DNA of 64,000 nt, from positions 86,678,001 through 86,742,000 of the forward strand of contig CM052816.1 in the NCBI GenBank assembly GCA_028534125.1, written 5' to 3'. Source of the stretch: Lama glama. Lineage: Eukaryota. The stretch's first letter is position 1; every line of letters begins with the position of its first letter. Made by a program: the position numbers and the translations under genes. A model generated the notes under the pieces. That model was not told the DNA's origin and made no database searches. It was given only the letters and a program-made list of their open reading frames with translations. Shown in pieces: positions 51,128-64,000 of this stretch.

Positions 51128-51467
51128 TGTGAAAAATTAATAAACAGAAACCTCAATTAAACACATTTGGGAGGCTAGTAGGGGGAGCCCTCGTGCCCTA
51201 TGATACCAGCAGGGCTCAACACGAAGAAGAAAGATTCCTCTTTCCTGGCAAGGTCTCAACCGAGGAAAAGCCAGGGGTTCTTCGTTGACCCTAGTCCTCA
51301 CAAATTCCTTCTCCCCCTCTTTAAAAGCATTCTCCTTCCCATGCCATGCAAGGACTTGCACATGGCTCACCTTAGTTGTAGACCCCAAAATGCAATTCTT
51401 TGCTAATCCCAAATAAACCCATCTTTGCTGGAGAAATATCTGGTAGCCTATTTTTTTCAGGTCAATA
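51128..51467 (+). mobile_element. ERV1-class solo LTR, laurasiatherian type, relatively well preserved
   Basis: TGT start, TTTAAAAG TATA-like word near 51320, AATAAA at 51412-51417, and end GCTGGAGAAATATCTGG..TTTCAGGTCAATA. 340 bp. Confidence 0.7.
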
Positions 51468-52669
51468 GTATAAAATCTTGCCATGTCTGAAAAAAGAATT
51501 ATTTTAAACCAAACTGAACCACTAAAATAAATCAACATATAAGAAAAAATAATCCAGAAAAGCTTGACTTTTTGTTTATCATGATTCAATTTTATGTGCA
51601 TTAATATTTTTTAAAAAGGAAAAAAAAAACCTCAGAAAAGCTTCTAAGAGTATGCTTCCAGAATAAAATGACAACAGAATCTTGTACAGATAAGCAGCTT
51701 ACTACTTTTTCATTTATATGTAGATTATTTTCATTATTTTTCATTTTACATGAAATTTTGAATTAAATTCTAATATAAGGGGTCAAAAAACTTCATAATG
51801 CATAGAAATTCCTTTCTCCTTCATAGCCCTTAAAGTACAAATTAAATGTATGGAAATGGATTAATTTTCTTTTCTATTACTTCTACTTTATGTGAAAATG
51901 TGAGGCCAACTAGAACTTACAATCCTCAATAGCATAGATAATATAGTATTAATTAGCAGATTCATAAAGTGTCCATCTTTGAGTGATGTTCTCATGGACC
52001 ATTTACCAGGCTTCAGCAATTCTAAACTAGAGTGAACTTCTCTTGACATATTTAGGGTGATGGTTTTTGAATATTTTTATGTACTCAAGTATATCTTAAT
52101 TTCCTTTTTTTATTAAAAATTATTAAAATACAGTACCTATTTCAACCTCTCTACATAGTAAAAGAAGTATAACAATATAGACATTTAAAATACAATGCAT
52201 TGGGTAAAACAGCGGAGCTACGTATAGCATGCTGCAGTATGCTTGAAAGGGAAGAGGTTACCTTGACTGATGTGTAGGGAGTTGTACTCTACTGTTTCTA
52301 CAGTAAGATGAATTTACCAGGCAGTCTAAAAAGAAAGGACACGCTGGACCAAGGAGGTGTCATGGCTGGGACTGTATTACGTGATTTAAAAGTATGGTAT
52401 GATGGTTGATTGAGGGGTAAAAACGTCTGAAAAAAAATAAAATCTGGAACTGCATGCAAGCTCCACATAATTTCTTTACTCACTTGTTCAACAAATATAG
52501 AGTAAAAACCAACTCTGAGCCAGGAATTGGGAAAGGTCTGGGAGAGGGCTCAAACGACGAATAATGGGACCATGAATTGTTCTCACAAAACCTATACCCC
52601 AATGGGAAAAAGAGCTCATTAAAAAATCCATGTAAAATGTGCAAGGGGTATTGTAGAGAGTGGCTGGTC

Positions 52670-53090
52670 TGTTAATTTGTTGATAAATAACAAACTTCCC
52701 CCAAACTTACTGTTTGAATACTATTACTATTATTATTTTGCTTGTTTGACTTGATTCAAGTAAGTAGTTCTCTCATGCAGGTGTAGTCAGATATGGCCAG
52801 GAGCTGAGTCAACTGAAGGCTCAGTTGGGCGGGAAGTCCAAAATGGCATTTGGTACTGAGCTGTCTGCAGCTGGAGCTGCTGACAAGCACACCAATGTGA
52901 AGCCTCTCCGTGTGGCTTGGACCTCTCACAGCATGGAGGCTGGGTTGTGAGAGTGAGTATACCAAGACCCAGGAAGCAGAAAAGTACTAGTCCGTGAAAA
53001 GGCCATGCTTTGAAGTGCCATGCACTGCGGGTCAAAGCAGTCTTTTGACCTGCCCAGATTCAAGAACATGAAAAAATACCTACTTTTAGA
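52670..53090 (-). mobile_element. MLT1F/G/H-like MaLR LTR
   Basis: TAACAAACTTCCCCCAAACTTA..GTCCAAAATGGC..GCCTCTCCGTGTGGCTTGG..TCACAGCATGGAGGCTGGGTT..GCCCAGATTCAAG. Confidence 0.8.
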
Positions 53091-54794
53091 AAATTAAATT
53101 GCTTCAGTAATCATATAATTTATTATCCAAGTGGGGTTACTTTTGATAAAGGAAGAATACAGATTTCTATATATTTCTACTTTCCCACCTAATTTATAAT
53201 CCCCTATATTTCTAACAGCCCTTGCCATCTTGTGACTTACTGGTTTCTTGGAGCTTTCTGGGTATGACATGGACCTAGCACTGTAAGCTGGTATATCAAA
53301 TAGCCAGAAACAAAAGAGAAGATTCTCTCTTACTGCAAGGAGTAAGACGTTCTTAACCATTTGTAGCTGAGCATTTTGCTTTAGTAACATGCCCTACATA
53401 CTGACCTTGAAAGAGAAGTGTTAGTTATGCTGCTTTCAGAATGGATCTAGAGAAAGTGCTATCAATAGCCATTTTCTAGCAATACTGTCTTTACTGAATA
53501 CGCATTTCAGCTATGACTGCAAGATTACCCAGAATAAACTGAAAATGACATTTAAATGTTTTTCTAGCCCACTGAGGCCATTTTAACACAAATTTCAAAA
53601 TACTATTTTGTTAAAAAAGAAAAATTCAGGGAAATGCTAAGTCAGACAGGAAGCTTGGGAAAGAGGTACAATAGGACTATTCTGGGCAATCCAGAATATG
53701 GTGACCCTAAAGGATGTATGTACATGATGCTAAAGAAGTGCACAGAGAAAAAGCAATTGAAATTTAAAGAAGGATACAGAAGGATTTTCTGACAAGCTAA
53801 GCGTTTTTAGCTTTATCCTCAGGCTATGTACAATTCAAGCATGCAAATACCAAATCAGATTGGCATTTCAGAATCATAACCATATAAATATGGGAAATGG
53901 ATTGGAGCAAGTATATACAGAATAATAAAAGAACAATGAGGAAGCTATACCATTTTCAGGACAATATTATATCAGAGGAGTTTATGAAATAAAGTGTTAG
54001 CAGTAAGGATGAAATAATGGGATTTTATTTAATCAAAATCTAGAAAGAAAAATAAGGCAGACATAATTACCAAATGTTTAGCTTGGTACTATCATATCAC
54101 TGTAACATAATTTAGTTTAAGATCACTTTCAGTTTAATGAATGATGGCATTAAAAAATTAGAAATTTCAGCTTTTCTTGACCAGAGATTTAAGATCCAAC
54201 TGTCTTGCAGAGCCTCTGACTGTTAATATTGAATATAACTCACCACCACCACCAACAACAAAAATATTGATTTTTTTAAATCAAAGCTAATTACTGAAAA
54301 GTCAACTCATAATAATTTCAGCAAAAAGTTCCAGTAAAACACATATATTCTGGAATGTTTTGCATCCGAAAGGACTAAAATGAGATCAGAATGGCGTGTT
54401 TTAAGGATTTTCATATAGAAAGTAGGCTAAGTCACTAAAAGACTGATGTTTCTACATCACTCTTTTATGGAAATCATGGTCTGTTTGGAGGTAGAGCGAT
54501 TTTAATTTGTCTATTTTCTTGAACTTGATGTTGGTGAGGTACTAGATATGAGGAAATTCAAATACACCTTTCTTGAGGTTGGCATGTGAATGTACACACA
54601 CGATTTCTCTGCAGTCTATTAGGCAGATTATACAGTAGCTGGTAGAAAAGCTAAAATAATAAAAGTGGGAGCAAGAAATAGATGTCACCTCTGGGTGATT
54701 AGTTCACTCCTTCTGAAATAATTCACAATTTCATTTTGATTGTACTGGCATTACATATCAGTATCCTGGGTAATGTCTTTATAAAACACTTTCA

Positions 54795-55005
54795 GCATCA
54801 TTGTCTAGTGATTCAAGAGCAAGGGCTGTGGTGCCACAAAGCCTGAGTCTGAATCCTAGGTCCTCCATGTTCAAAAAGGATGGCGGACTGACTTCTCTGA
54901 CTCAGCTTCCTCACCTGTCAGTCAGGGATACCAACAGTCCCCCACTGCGGAAGCATCTGTTAAAAATCAAATGAGTTGGTAAATATAAAAACACATAGAA
55001 TACAG
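54795..55005 (+). mobile_element. MIR SINE
   Basis: TAGTGATTCAAGAGC..GCCTGAGTCTGAATCCT..CTCAGCTTCCTCACCTGT..AAATGAGTT. Confidence 0.75.
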
Positions 55006-55024
55006 AATAGCTCAGAGATAGAAC

Positions 55025-55140
55025 AGGGAGATAATCTAATTTGTCATCTATTCTGGGATACCTGGAGAAAGAAAGGGGTGTGTTCTTCATAATTACCTGG
55101 GTCGATTGAGAACTGGGACTGTCGTAGGCAAAAAGATTCA
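55025..55140 (+). mobile_element. MER94-like hAT-Blackjack MITE
   Basis: TAATTTGTCATC..CTGGGATAC..GAAAGGGG..TAATTAC..AACTGGGACTGTC..GGCAAA is collinear with MER94. Confidence 0.6.
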
Positions 55141-56209
55141 GTTAATTAAAAGCTACATATGTTTTGTAGCATTAATCTCCTGTGAATCAACTTTGGTTTC
55201 ATGTATACATCCAACAAACAGTGTTTGTACCAGACACTGTTATGTACTGGTGAGAACAGCAGTCTTCAAAACACAGAAACTCTGCAGCTGTCACAGGTGG
55301 TGAAAGATTTCAACAATTAAACAGATTATTTAATTATAATAGCAACAATTTTATGAATACAATTTTGGCGATTAAGAGGTTGTTTTTATTTTGAATTTTC
55401 CTACTGTCTTCCAGTTTATAGGCCAAAAAAAGGGGAATTTTATTATTTATAACAGGTGTCTCTCCAACAGAATTCATATAAGGTATTTATGTAATCCGCT
55501 TGTTATTAACTATGGCAAGATAAAATAAGATCATGCATAACGGTTAAAAACATAAAACAAAAATTACACATACCATAGAAATGAAGTAAAATTAAATTAA
55601 TAACCCAATCTGCATTAGCAATTTGTTTTTGTAATCAGGAGTTTTAATCTGTTTTTAGGTATTATGTGCTGAATGTACTACAAGATAGAAAATGTTAATT
55701 AAATGGGAAAATGTTTTGTTTCACAAAATAGAGCTTTTAAAGATTATTATAGTTGAATTGTTTACTTTTAAGTCATGAATTATACAGTATTGATTTCAGC
55801 ATGTGGTAAAGAAAGCTATTTGAAAGAAAGACAGGTTAGTTATTAGTGCTAATAAAATATTAAAACATTTACATGGACATGCATCTAGATTTTCAATATA
55901 TTTTAATTATAAGGAATACAATTAATTTAGGATGCACTAATTAACATTTGAATATAGATATTGATTTAAATGTGTGGTGGTCTTACGAGATTTAAGAATT
56001 ATAGGACACTATGCTCTCTTGTTAATCAAACTGGGGAAGGCAAAACAAAAATAAAACAAAATAATCTGAATTATTTTACCTTTTTTTTGAATATTTGGCA
56101 CATGCATGGTACAAATTTCTACTGCTAATCATAGAACTGGAAAAACTATATTATTGAATTTGTTACAGGAATATTTCTTGTGATAGTCTTGAAAAGGACT
56201 TTACAAATA

Positions 56210-56270
56210 GTGTATGTATGTGTGTGTGTGTGTATATATATACACATATAGTATTATACGTATATATATC
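56210..56270. repeat. Compound (TG)n(TA)n microsatellite
   Basis: Read directly. Confidence 0.9.
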
Positions 56271-57949
56271 AGTGGAAAACTACTAGCCAACATATAGGTA
56301 TATCTTGATGGAAAACTACTAGCTTTGTGAGGGAAAATATGTGCACGTGTGTGTATGTTTATGTGAGTACGTGTTTGTTGAATGAGAAGGGTTAAGGAAT
56401 GCGAATAAGCAGTAATTCAGGAATTTATTTATTCTTTTTATTCTGAAGCCTTATAGTCAGTGATTAAGCACTAAGGAATTAACAAGGTAAAGATGACAGT
56501 GAAAAAGTCAATGGAATTTTCTGTCAGGAAGGAGTGAGTGTATGGAATCTATCATGACTGTATTCTCCACTGACTCCTGTCCATCACGAATGAAACAAGA
56601 ACAGTGCTGTCAATCATGTCTGAAGTTCTGCTGCAAAAAGTGGGACCGGTCGTAGGCATTCCTGTCGTATGACTGTTCAGCTTATAACCCCCATTAACTC
56701 AAAACTAGTGACTTACTCTGAACTATGTCCATGCCTTCATTTTTATCAAAACATATAACAGCATTTCATTGTTCTTAATTTACTGAGGACTTAAATCAAA
56801 GAATTTTCCCTAGGTTGTATTTCTGACTTCCTAGAAGCAACTGGAAAAGTCATTTACTCTTCTGTGCACTCCAACCACACCATCTGTCAGGAGAGGGACT
56901 ATTCTTCTTTCTTCCCCAGGTACTTGGCTTAACTTGTATTAGTACAGAACTTTTCATTCTATATCATTATTCATATAAAAATAACAAGTTTTTATTTCAT
57001 TTTTTAAAACACTATTAAATCCCTAAGTGGAATAAATATGACATATACATTTTCTATGTCATTTTAATCTTGAAAAAATTGCAAACGATTACAATTGTGA
57101 ACACCAATAATACCCCATAATTTGGAAAATGAACTATGAGCAGTATGTTTGTAAACCAGAGCAATCATACATTTAAACAAACACACACTCAAGATATTAT
57201 TTAACCTCAAGTTAAAAAGTATAAATATATACATTTCCCTATTGCCTCAAAGATATTTCTGTCACAGCGTAACAGAACAGTAACAACATTTGTTTATTAA
57301 CAAAATAATAAGATAATGTTAACCATTAACTCCACAGGTAGGCTGTAAATCACAGTATTCACACCTTTCTTTTACCTCATTTAAAATTAAGACTTTCCAT
57401 GAAATATTTCCAATTCCAAACTGAAGGAGTAATGTATATCAGGAATTTAATATAGCACACATTATTTTAATGATAATAGAGAATAGTTTTCTGTTCATAG
57501 CTACATTTCAAAACAATGGTTATAAAAATAATAAAGAAAATGACAGCATGTGATGAAACACATTTAACAATAGATGATCTACTTCTTAATCTAAAACAAA
57601 TTTGAAATCAAAATTAACAGATTATACCAAAGAAAATCATCATAGCTTCTAGTATCTGATACATACTGATATATCCAAAATCTGACATAAGAAGGACTAA
57701 ACAGATCAAATATCTAAAAAATTACAAAGGAAATTAGTGTATATTCTTGACTAGGGCAATTAGAGATATTCTTCGTAGGGCTCTAATTCTTTAGTCCACG
57801 TTCAGTATTTGCATCGTATATATGATGATTTATAAACCAAGCCAGCACTCTTTTGTTTGTGTGGTTATACAGCTGTATGAAGCTGTAGGTGTGGTCTGAG
57901 GAACAGGCGATGATGAAGTAAAAGTGCGTGCCACGGGAGTTTAAGCCAC

Positions 57950-58760
57950 TTGCTTCTACAATTTAATACAGTCTTAGGGTCTGCTAGAGCCCAGTTTCAC
58001 ACGTACCATTTCCAGCCCATTATGGAGTTTAGTGGCACAACCTGATTTTATGACTCAGTAGATCAGATAATACCCAGTTTGGTAACGAGAGTTGAGGAAA
58101 CACTTCACCTGGTTCACCATCATCAGGTATTTATGCCCTACAAGGACAAAGTGTGGAGCCATTTTTTCCCCAGTCCTTAGAAACTGGACTATGATTTTCC
58201 TATTAAGCTTACTAGACTCCTTTACTACATTTGCATCTGTCAGAGACTGCTTGAACTCAGTAGGATCTGAGAAGTTATAAGGCACAATTGGTGGAGTGAC
58301 TTGCACTGCAGACTGAACTATCAACCAGTACCTATGGCTCTGATCCCTGCTCAAAAGTGTTAGTGTTGTGGGCTTTCTCAGCAAATGGGTCAAGGCAACA
58401 CAAACATATGTGTTAAAGGTTAACTCTATATGTCTAAGAGACTTAGCAATTATGAAACTTCCTTCTGTGGTTCTGGGTCCCTGAGTTTTCTCTGGGACTT
58501 TATCCCATGTTCTGGCAGACATATTATTGTCTTAAGAATTCACATAGACATTTGCTACATCTTGCTTACAGGTTCCAATCAGCATGATATCACCAACTGA
58601 ATGGAGCTGCTTGATAACTTCTATAGCAGCAAAAGATCAAGATAACAGTGAGCCTGATTATGACAGAGCTGTAGAACTACAATAACCCTGAGCTTAGACA
58701 GTCAAGCTGTACTAATGTCTTTATAATATAAGAATACTGGCATTCCCTATTTGATAAAGG
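57950..58760 (-). mobile_element. Highly decayed ERVL-class pol fragment
   Basis: ORF 58055-58522 aligns loosely to ERVL RT/tether: MSARTWDKVPEKTQGP resembles M.ARGWEINP.KIQGP, and VQSAVQVTPPIVPYNFSDP resembles VQAAVQAALPLGPYDPADP. Confidence 0.7.
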
Positions 58761-59265
58761 GGAAACAATTTGTATACGAAAAAAACAAAGGCTTGGTTAG
58801 TTGGGTCCAATAAAGATAAAATAACTAGTACAGCAAGTGGAATTGAAGTCAACACCTGATAAAAATAACATTAATACAAACTCATTTATCAATATCTGCT
58901 TTTCTTTAGAAGCCAAACAGGAAAATTCAAAGAAACTGGTAGGAAAGACACTTCTACATTTCTCATGTCTTTGAGTGTGGCAATGATATTTGCAATCTGT
59001 CAGCAATGGTATATTGCTTTTGGTTTATTATTTTGTTAGGACAGGAAAATTTCAAGGGCTTCCACTTTTCCGTTCTTACTGTAAAAATCCCTTACCTGAC
59101 ATAGAAATGCTGCCATGCCAGCTATTTTTCAACTACATATTTAAGAGCAGGAAACTAGTAAAACATATGTTTGTGGGCACATTGAGACAGATTTAGGTAA
59201 ACTTCTTCGTTGTAATTTGATTACCTGTGCTATTTATGAATTTATTTCTTCTCAGCTCCATATTC

Positions 59266-59296
<31 letters not shown>

Positions 59297-59317
59297 CATC
59301 CATCTATCTATCTATCT
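59266..59317. repeat. (ATCT)n/(ATCC)n tetranucleotide microsatellite
   Basis: Read directly. Confidence 0.95.
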
Positions 59318-59419
59318 TTTCACCTAAAACCATTAAACCATCTTTCCTTTAAGGGAACATAGTATTAAGCTCTCTTAGTAAAGGGCACTGGAGGGACATT
59401 ACAGGTAGATGATATTGCA

Positions 59420-60460
59420 CAGGGCTTTTGACTATTACAAATCCATTCAAATATTGCACCTCTGTAAGCACTGTTCCAACTGTAATATAAAAGAAATTCT
59501 CAAACTATTTTTATTACAAGCTATTACTGAATATAGGTTCATGTCATCCAATCAGGCTAACTACTAGAGATACTTCTGTGGCAGGAAGTAACTCAGTGAA
59601 TCCAAACACTCTGGTTGGTCCAGTTTTGCCCAACATTATGTACCTTCCCTTACGGGATAACCCCTAAGAGTTTTTTCTCATAAATATTTCTTAGGTTCTG
59701 CTAACATAAACGGCAAACTCCACAGTTCTTTAATAGCTATTCTATCTCCTGCCAAGAAAAGACTTATCCTTTCGTTGTGTGATTTATGTATTTTACTCTA
59801 TTTATCGACATCTAGTTGGGTCTAGATTCAATAAGTAGTGAGGTGGGCCTTGAGGAAAGGTGGCATCTGTGTGCAAGCAAATGTCCCTTTTTGGAACTGT
59901 ACAGATTCTACAAGCAAGGGAAGACTGGTCTCTTCAAATGAGAAGAGGATGGTGTTGACTAAGAAGGGTAGCACAGTGGGAAAGGGGTATTTAATATAGG
60001 TAGATTCACTAGAATTACCCCCAAGTGCCTGTCATCCAGTCTCCCAAGTTTTCTTAACTACTTAAATTTAGTATAAATGACCTTCAAGGTTGTGAATTAT
60101 ACTCATTTTGTAATTCTTTACCATTTATAATCTGAATATCTAATCTAAATTAATATTATTTCGATTGGAAATTGGATATATTGACCATGGAGATCATTTC
60201 AAGACAGTCACAGAAGGTCTTTGGTCTTCCTACCTGGTCTTGAACTGAGATTTAAAATACTGTTCTGGTCATTTACTTTCTGTAAGTTCTCCACTGTAAT
60301 CAGAAGCTGTCATCACCTCATAGTCACTTAAATCATTATTTCCAATATTCCATGCTATAGCTTGCGTAGCTTCATCTCCTAAATCCTTGCTTTCTGTAAG
60401 AACATCACTCCAGCGAATGGTGTTATAATTTAAGTAAATATTTTGCAGCTGCACTCTTTT
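59420..60460 (-). mobile_element. Highly decayed ERVL-class gag fragment
   Basis: The minus strand gives ENLQKVNDQ, SQFKT..EDQRPS, ELQNEYNSQP and DW..GTWG, in the order of ERVL gag motifs (LQKEND.LR, ELQ..LNSQP, EWDP.TW.G). It lies upstream of the pol fragment on the same strand. Confidence 0.55.
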
Positions 60461-61089
60461 TGCCTATCTAAACCCAGTTTCCACTGATGATAAGACTCTT
60501 ACTAACTTGAAGTCAAACCAAGTCACATAAGGAGTTCCAAATTTCTGTCTATAATGTTCTCTTCCACGAAGTTATTTTAAACACCTAATACTTGATAAAG
60601 AAACATTCAAATGGGAAAACACAAGTTTATACTATGTGTTTCAAATATGAAGGTTTTAATACAGGAATTTTGATGGCATAAAAGCTATTTGGAAGAATGG
60701 TCAGAGAGGGTATTTCTAGGTTTCAACTACTGGACACTAGGAATCAGAGGAAACAATGAACAACGTCAGCTTCTTTTTGACACCAAAGTAGATGATTATT
60801 ATTATTAGAAAGATACCTAAAAGCCAATGGAAATACTTTAACTTTTGCCTTGTTGTGAACCACATACACATGTCCACAGTGGTAACTAGACAAATAGGTT
60901 TTCATTTCTTTTACTTTCAAAATTTTATGAGTATATTTCATTAGCTACATTTAACCTGATGCTTGATTTTTAAGAGAGTCTAAGAAATGAAGGATTAGGG
61001 ATTTCAGTTTTTGTGGTGTAACAGAAGGCATATAAGGGCAGAAAGATAATATCTAGCACAGAGAGACACTGAGTGTTTTGAGCAGATGT

Positions 61090-61447
61090 TGTTTTAGTCT
61101 GTTTTGGCTGCCACAAGAGTATACCACAGACTGGGTGGCTTATAAACAACTCAAATTTATTTCTCACAGTTCTGGAGGCTGAGAAGTCCAAAATTAAGGC
61201 ATAGACTGATTTGGTATTTATTGAGGATCCAGTTTCTAGTTCATAGACAACCATCTTCTTCTCGGGTCCTCACATGGCAGAAGGGACCTCTCTGGGATTT
61301 TTTTTAAAAGGGAACTAATCCCATTCATGAGGCCTCCATCCTAATGACCTAGTCACCTCATGAAGGCCCCAACTTGAAATACCATCACGTTGAGGATTAG
61401 TTTTCAACAAAGGAAATTTGGGAGACACAAACATTAAGTCTATAGCA
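61090..61447 (-). mobile_element. MLT1A0 solo LTR
   Basis: TGTTTTAGTC..ATACCACAGACTGGGTGGCTTATAAACAAC..TTTATTTCTCACAGTTCTGGAGGCTG..CCCATTCATGAGG..ACACAAACATT..ATAGCA. 358 bp. Confidence 0.9.
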
Positions 61448-63808
61448 GTTGATTTCCAAATTGTGAATAATCAAAATTCTAAAATGATCAGTCTACTTGC
61501 TGTACTGAAGTAGAGTGGAGGATCGTAAGTAAAGACTCAGAGAAGCCGGTTGGAAGATCTTTCATTAGCCGAGGAAAGGGATAATGGCAGTTTGCTTTAG
61601 GATGACAGGGATGAGTACTAAAATTGTCAAGAAAAATATGAAAAAATGTAGCAAAAAGCCTGAATAAAATAGATTTGGGTGAGTATAGGAAGAGAAAAGC
61701 ACAAGTAGAAGCAAAGGAGGTTTTGGATTACTTCCAGATTTCCTCAGATAGAACACACACGCACACATACATACACACATGCACACACAGATAATCATCT
61801 TCAACAAACTGGATGCATGGTCATGAATCACAGAATATAATTTTATGGGGTCAAATCACTGATACAAGAAAGCAAAGAGAAAAAAATGGGATTTTTTGAT
61901 AGTCCTAATAAATTAAAGCCTAGAAATTACCAGCTAATATTCACTGCACCGAAAAGAAGATTATGCGATAAACTTAGAGGAACAAAGAGGTATAGAAATG
62001 AAACAGTCAAAACTAAAAGGAATCTTCCTAAAATTCCTTCTGCTGATTAATGCAGAGACCTGAACAAACACTAGTACTTACTGCAGTAGACTGGTGCTCA
62101 GAGATCTTAGAAATATCTCTTAGAAGATCCCTTTAAGAAAAACAAAACATAAAACTATTTGGGGTAGAATCAAACAAGGATGAAATACTGAGGTAAGTTC
62201 AAGGAAATCTGGATACCAAAAGGAGATACAAGCAGAGAAAACAGACAAAACTCAGCAGGGTTTGGGGAGGTTCATAACAGGAATATATAAATAAAGGTCA
62301 TAAGTGTTGGTGAACATTCAGTTATTTGGTTGGATATAATATAATATGAACACATGAATATAATTTAGTTGTCAAACTTTGTCGTGTATATAAATATCAT
62401 TAATGTGCCGAATGTTTTAGGCTCTCAAATCCTAATATGAAGATTTAACCATTTATAATCTGAATATCTAATATTAAATTATTATATATTAGTTATTAAG
62501 TATAATTTTGCTTCTCCAGAGGCATTGTTGTTAAACCCAAAATATTTTCTAACTATGCATGATGAAGTCACAGACCCTGTTCCTACAGTGACCATGTTCT
62601 TACGGCATAAGGGCATATGTTCTAAACATAAGGGCAGAAAAATGTCCTCACATCATCAGAAGATGATGGATAGACTCAAATATAAAATTTTACAACTTTA
62701 AGCCCTTAATTTGATTCCTTTGTAATAAAGATACAACTTTCATAACATGAAAGTTTGGAAGAGGCTGCTTCTGCTTCCAGCACTGTACTGTATGCACTCA
62801 GAAATAAATGAGAAAATTTGAACAGTGATTCTACCACTGATTACTATCAAGAGAGCATTTTGCAATTCATAAATCCCAGAGAAGCCTATTTTGTGACTTG
62901 TCAACTTTTGTAAATCACTATTTTCTTTGTAAAAAATAGAGTATGCTAGAAATACAAAACAGTAAAGCATATTTTAATCTATTTAAATGTGGGATAAATT
63001 GTATTTTTCTCTTTGAAGTAGATAAAATGAACATTTATCAGCAATATAACTTAGTTGTAGCTACAGGACATTCAAGCATACTTTCTAAATAAGATTACCA
63101 TTGATTTGGACAGATCAAATGAATATAAATGATGACTAAATATAATAATTAGTCTTTGGCATGATTAGATACTTTGGGTTTATGATTTATTTAGCTTACA
63201 TATCTAGATATTTTACTTTGAAAACGTAAGTTGTCATCTCAATCTAACAGGAATAATTTACTATCTCCCTCTCTCTGCCAACAGAAAATGAAGAAAAAGT
63301 AATTTGGTTTCTTACTACAGGGGAAGCCCTCCTGTAGAAAGTGGTCAGAAAAATGTGATGTATACTATTTATTAAGCTAGTAGGCTCCAAGTTGAAGTAA
63401 GAAAGAAACCGATTGCTACTTTATACAATATTGTACTATTGTACTTTATACAATACAATTTTTGAATTTCTAAGGAAAATAGAGGTGTCTAGCTAATTTC
63501 TTGATACTGTACTGGCCCTCAAAATGAATGTCTTGGCTTGAAAGATATATGAGTGTTGAAAAAAATAATATTAAAGAAACAATCATGTTTTCATTTGGCA
63601 AGGTTTTATTAATGAGAAAGGAAATGCGATTATCCAGGCTTGACCATGGTTTTAGAGGTGGACTTTCATAAGAAACACTGATCCTAATACTGAATGCCAG
63701 GACTACTATAAAGAATGACACAGTAGAAATAACTAACATGGAACAGAAGATAAAGGCAGATTCAGAAATTAAGATATTATCTTGTGACCAAGGGTGAAGA
63801 TTCACTTG

Positions 63809-63840
63809 GAGAAAATTGAAGATGAGAAAATTGAAGATGA
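63809..63840. repeat. 15-bp tandem duplication (GAGAAAATTGAAGAT)x2
   Basis: Read directly. Confidence 0.9.
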
Positions 63841-64000
63841 TTTCTTTAGGAGAGAAGAAGGACTACTTAGAAAATAAAAAAATAATAATAAAATGAGAGG
63901 CATCTACAGGACAGCAGTATGACTACTTTTTTAGGTCCTTCCTTTATGAACCCTAAGGAATCCTCAGTTTAGTAACAGCCTTCATATGGTAATGTTAACA

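Noticed and set aside
51137..51601. 154-aa minus-strand ORF
   Set aside because: It runs antisense through an LTR and AT-rich flank and has no recognisable domain.
58055..58522. 155-aa ORF as a host or domesticated gene
   Set aside because: It is a decayed ERVL pol segment with lost motifs and stops in neighbouring sequence. No promoter or exon evidence.
59360..59410. LTR33-like fragment with CTCF-like AGTAAAGGGCACTG
   Set aside because: Too short and degenerate to support either call.
61850..62330. Possible HAL1/L1 ORF1 remnant
   Set aside because: A-rich composition is suggestive but I could not identify diagnostic words.
1..64000. Prokaryote-style systems (CRISPR arrays, operons, defence islands)
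   Set aside because: The sequence is eutherian repeat-rich DNA with no regularly spaced repeat-spacer array and no gene-dense region.

Overview
AT-rich, CpG-poor mammalian (eutherian) genomic DNA, intergenic or deep intronic. I found no credible protein-coding exon, RNA gene, CpG island or CRISPR-like array. The ORF-track entries I examined are chance ORFs or read through decayed transposons. Much of the window is fossil repeats: L1 fragments (L1MA/MB/MC/MD/ME/M4, HAL1-like), L2, L3/CR1, MIR, MaLR LTRs (MLT1), LTR16C, ERV1-like LTRs, MER20, MER94 and two decayed ERVL internal regions (about 46.0-48.0 kb and 57.9-60.5 kb). Two young L1 3' ends and the absence of Alu, B1/B2, Bov-A/tA, PRE1, CHR and Can-SINE point to a cetartiodactyl, most likely a camelid (inference). 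Family names come from my recall of consensus sequences, not a database search, so subfamily calls and most boundaries are approximate. I did not find a new biological system. The most interesting signals are an ERVL whose gag-pro part is inverted relative to its pol part at the same consensus position, an adjacent MLT2-type LTR end fused to a MaLR internal region, an L1 inversion with twin-priming geometry, a 25-bp exact copy 2.3 kb away, patches of AT-to-GC-shifted repeat sequence, and two candidate CTCF sites with the upstream motif.
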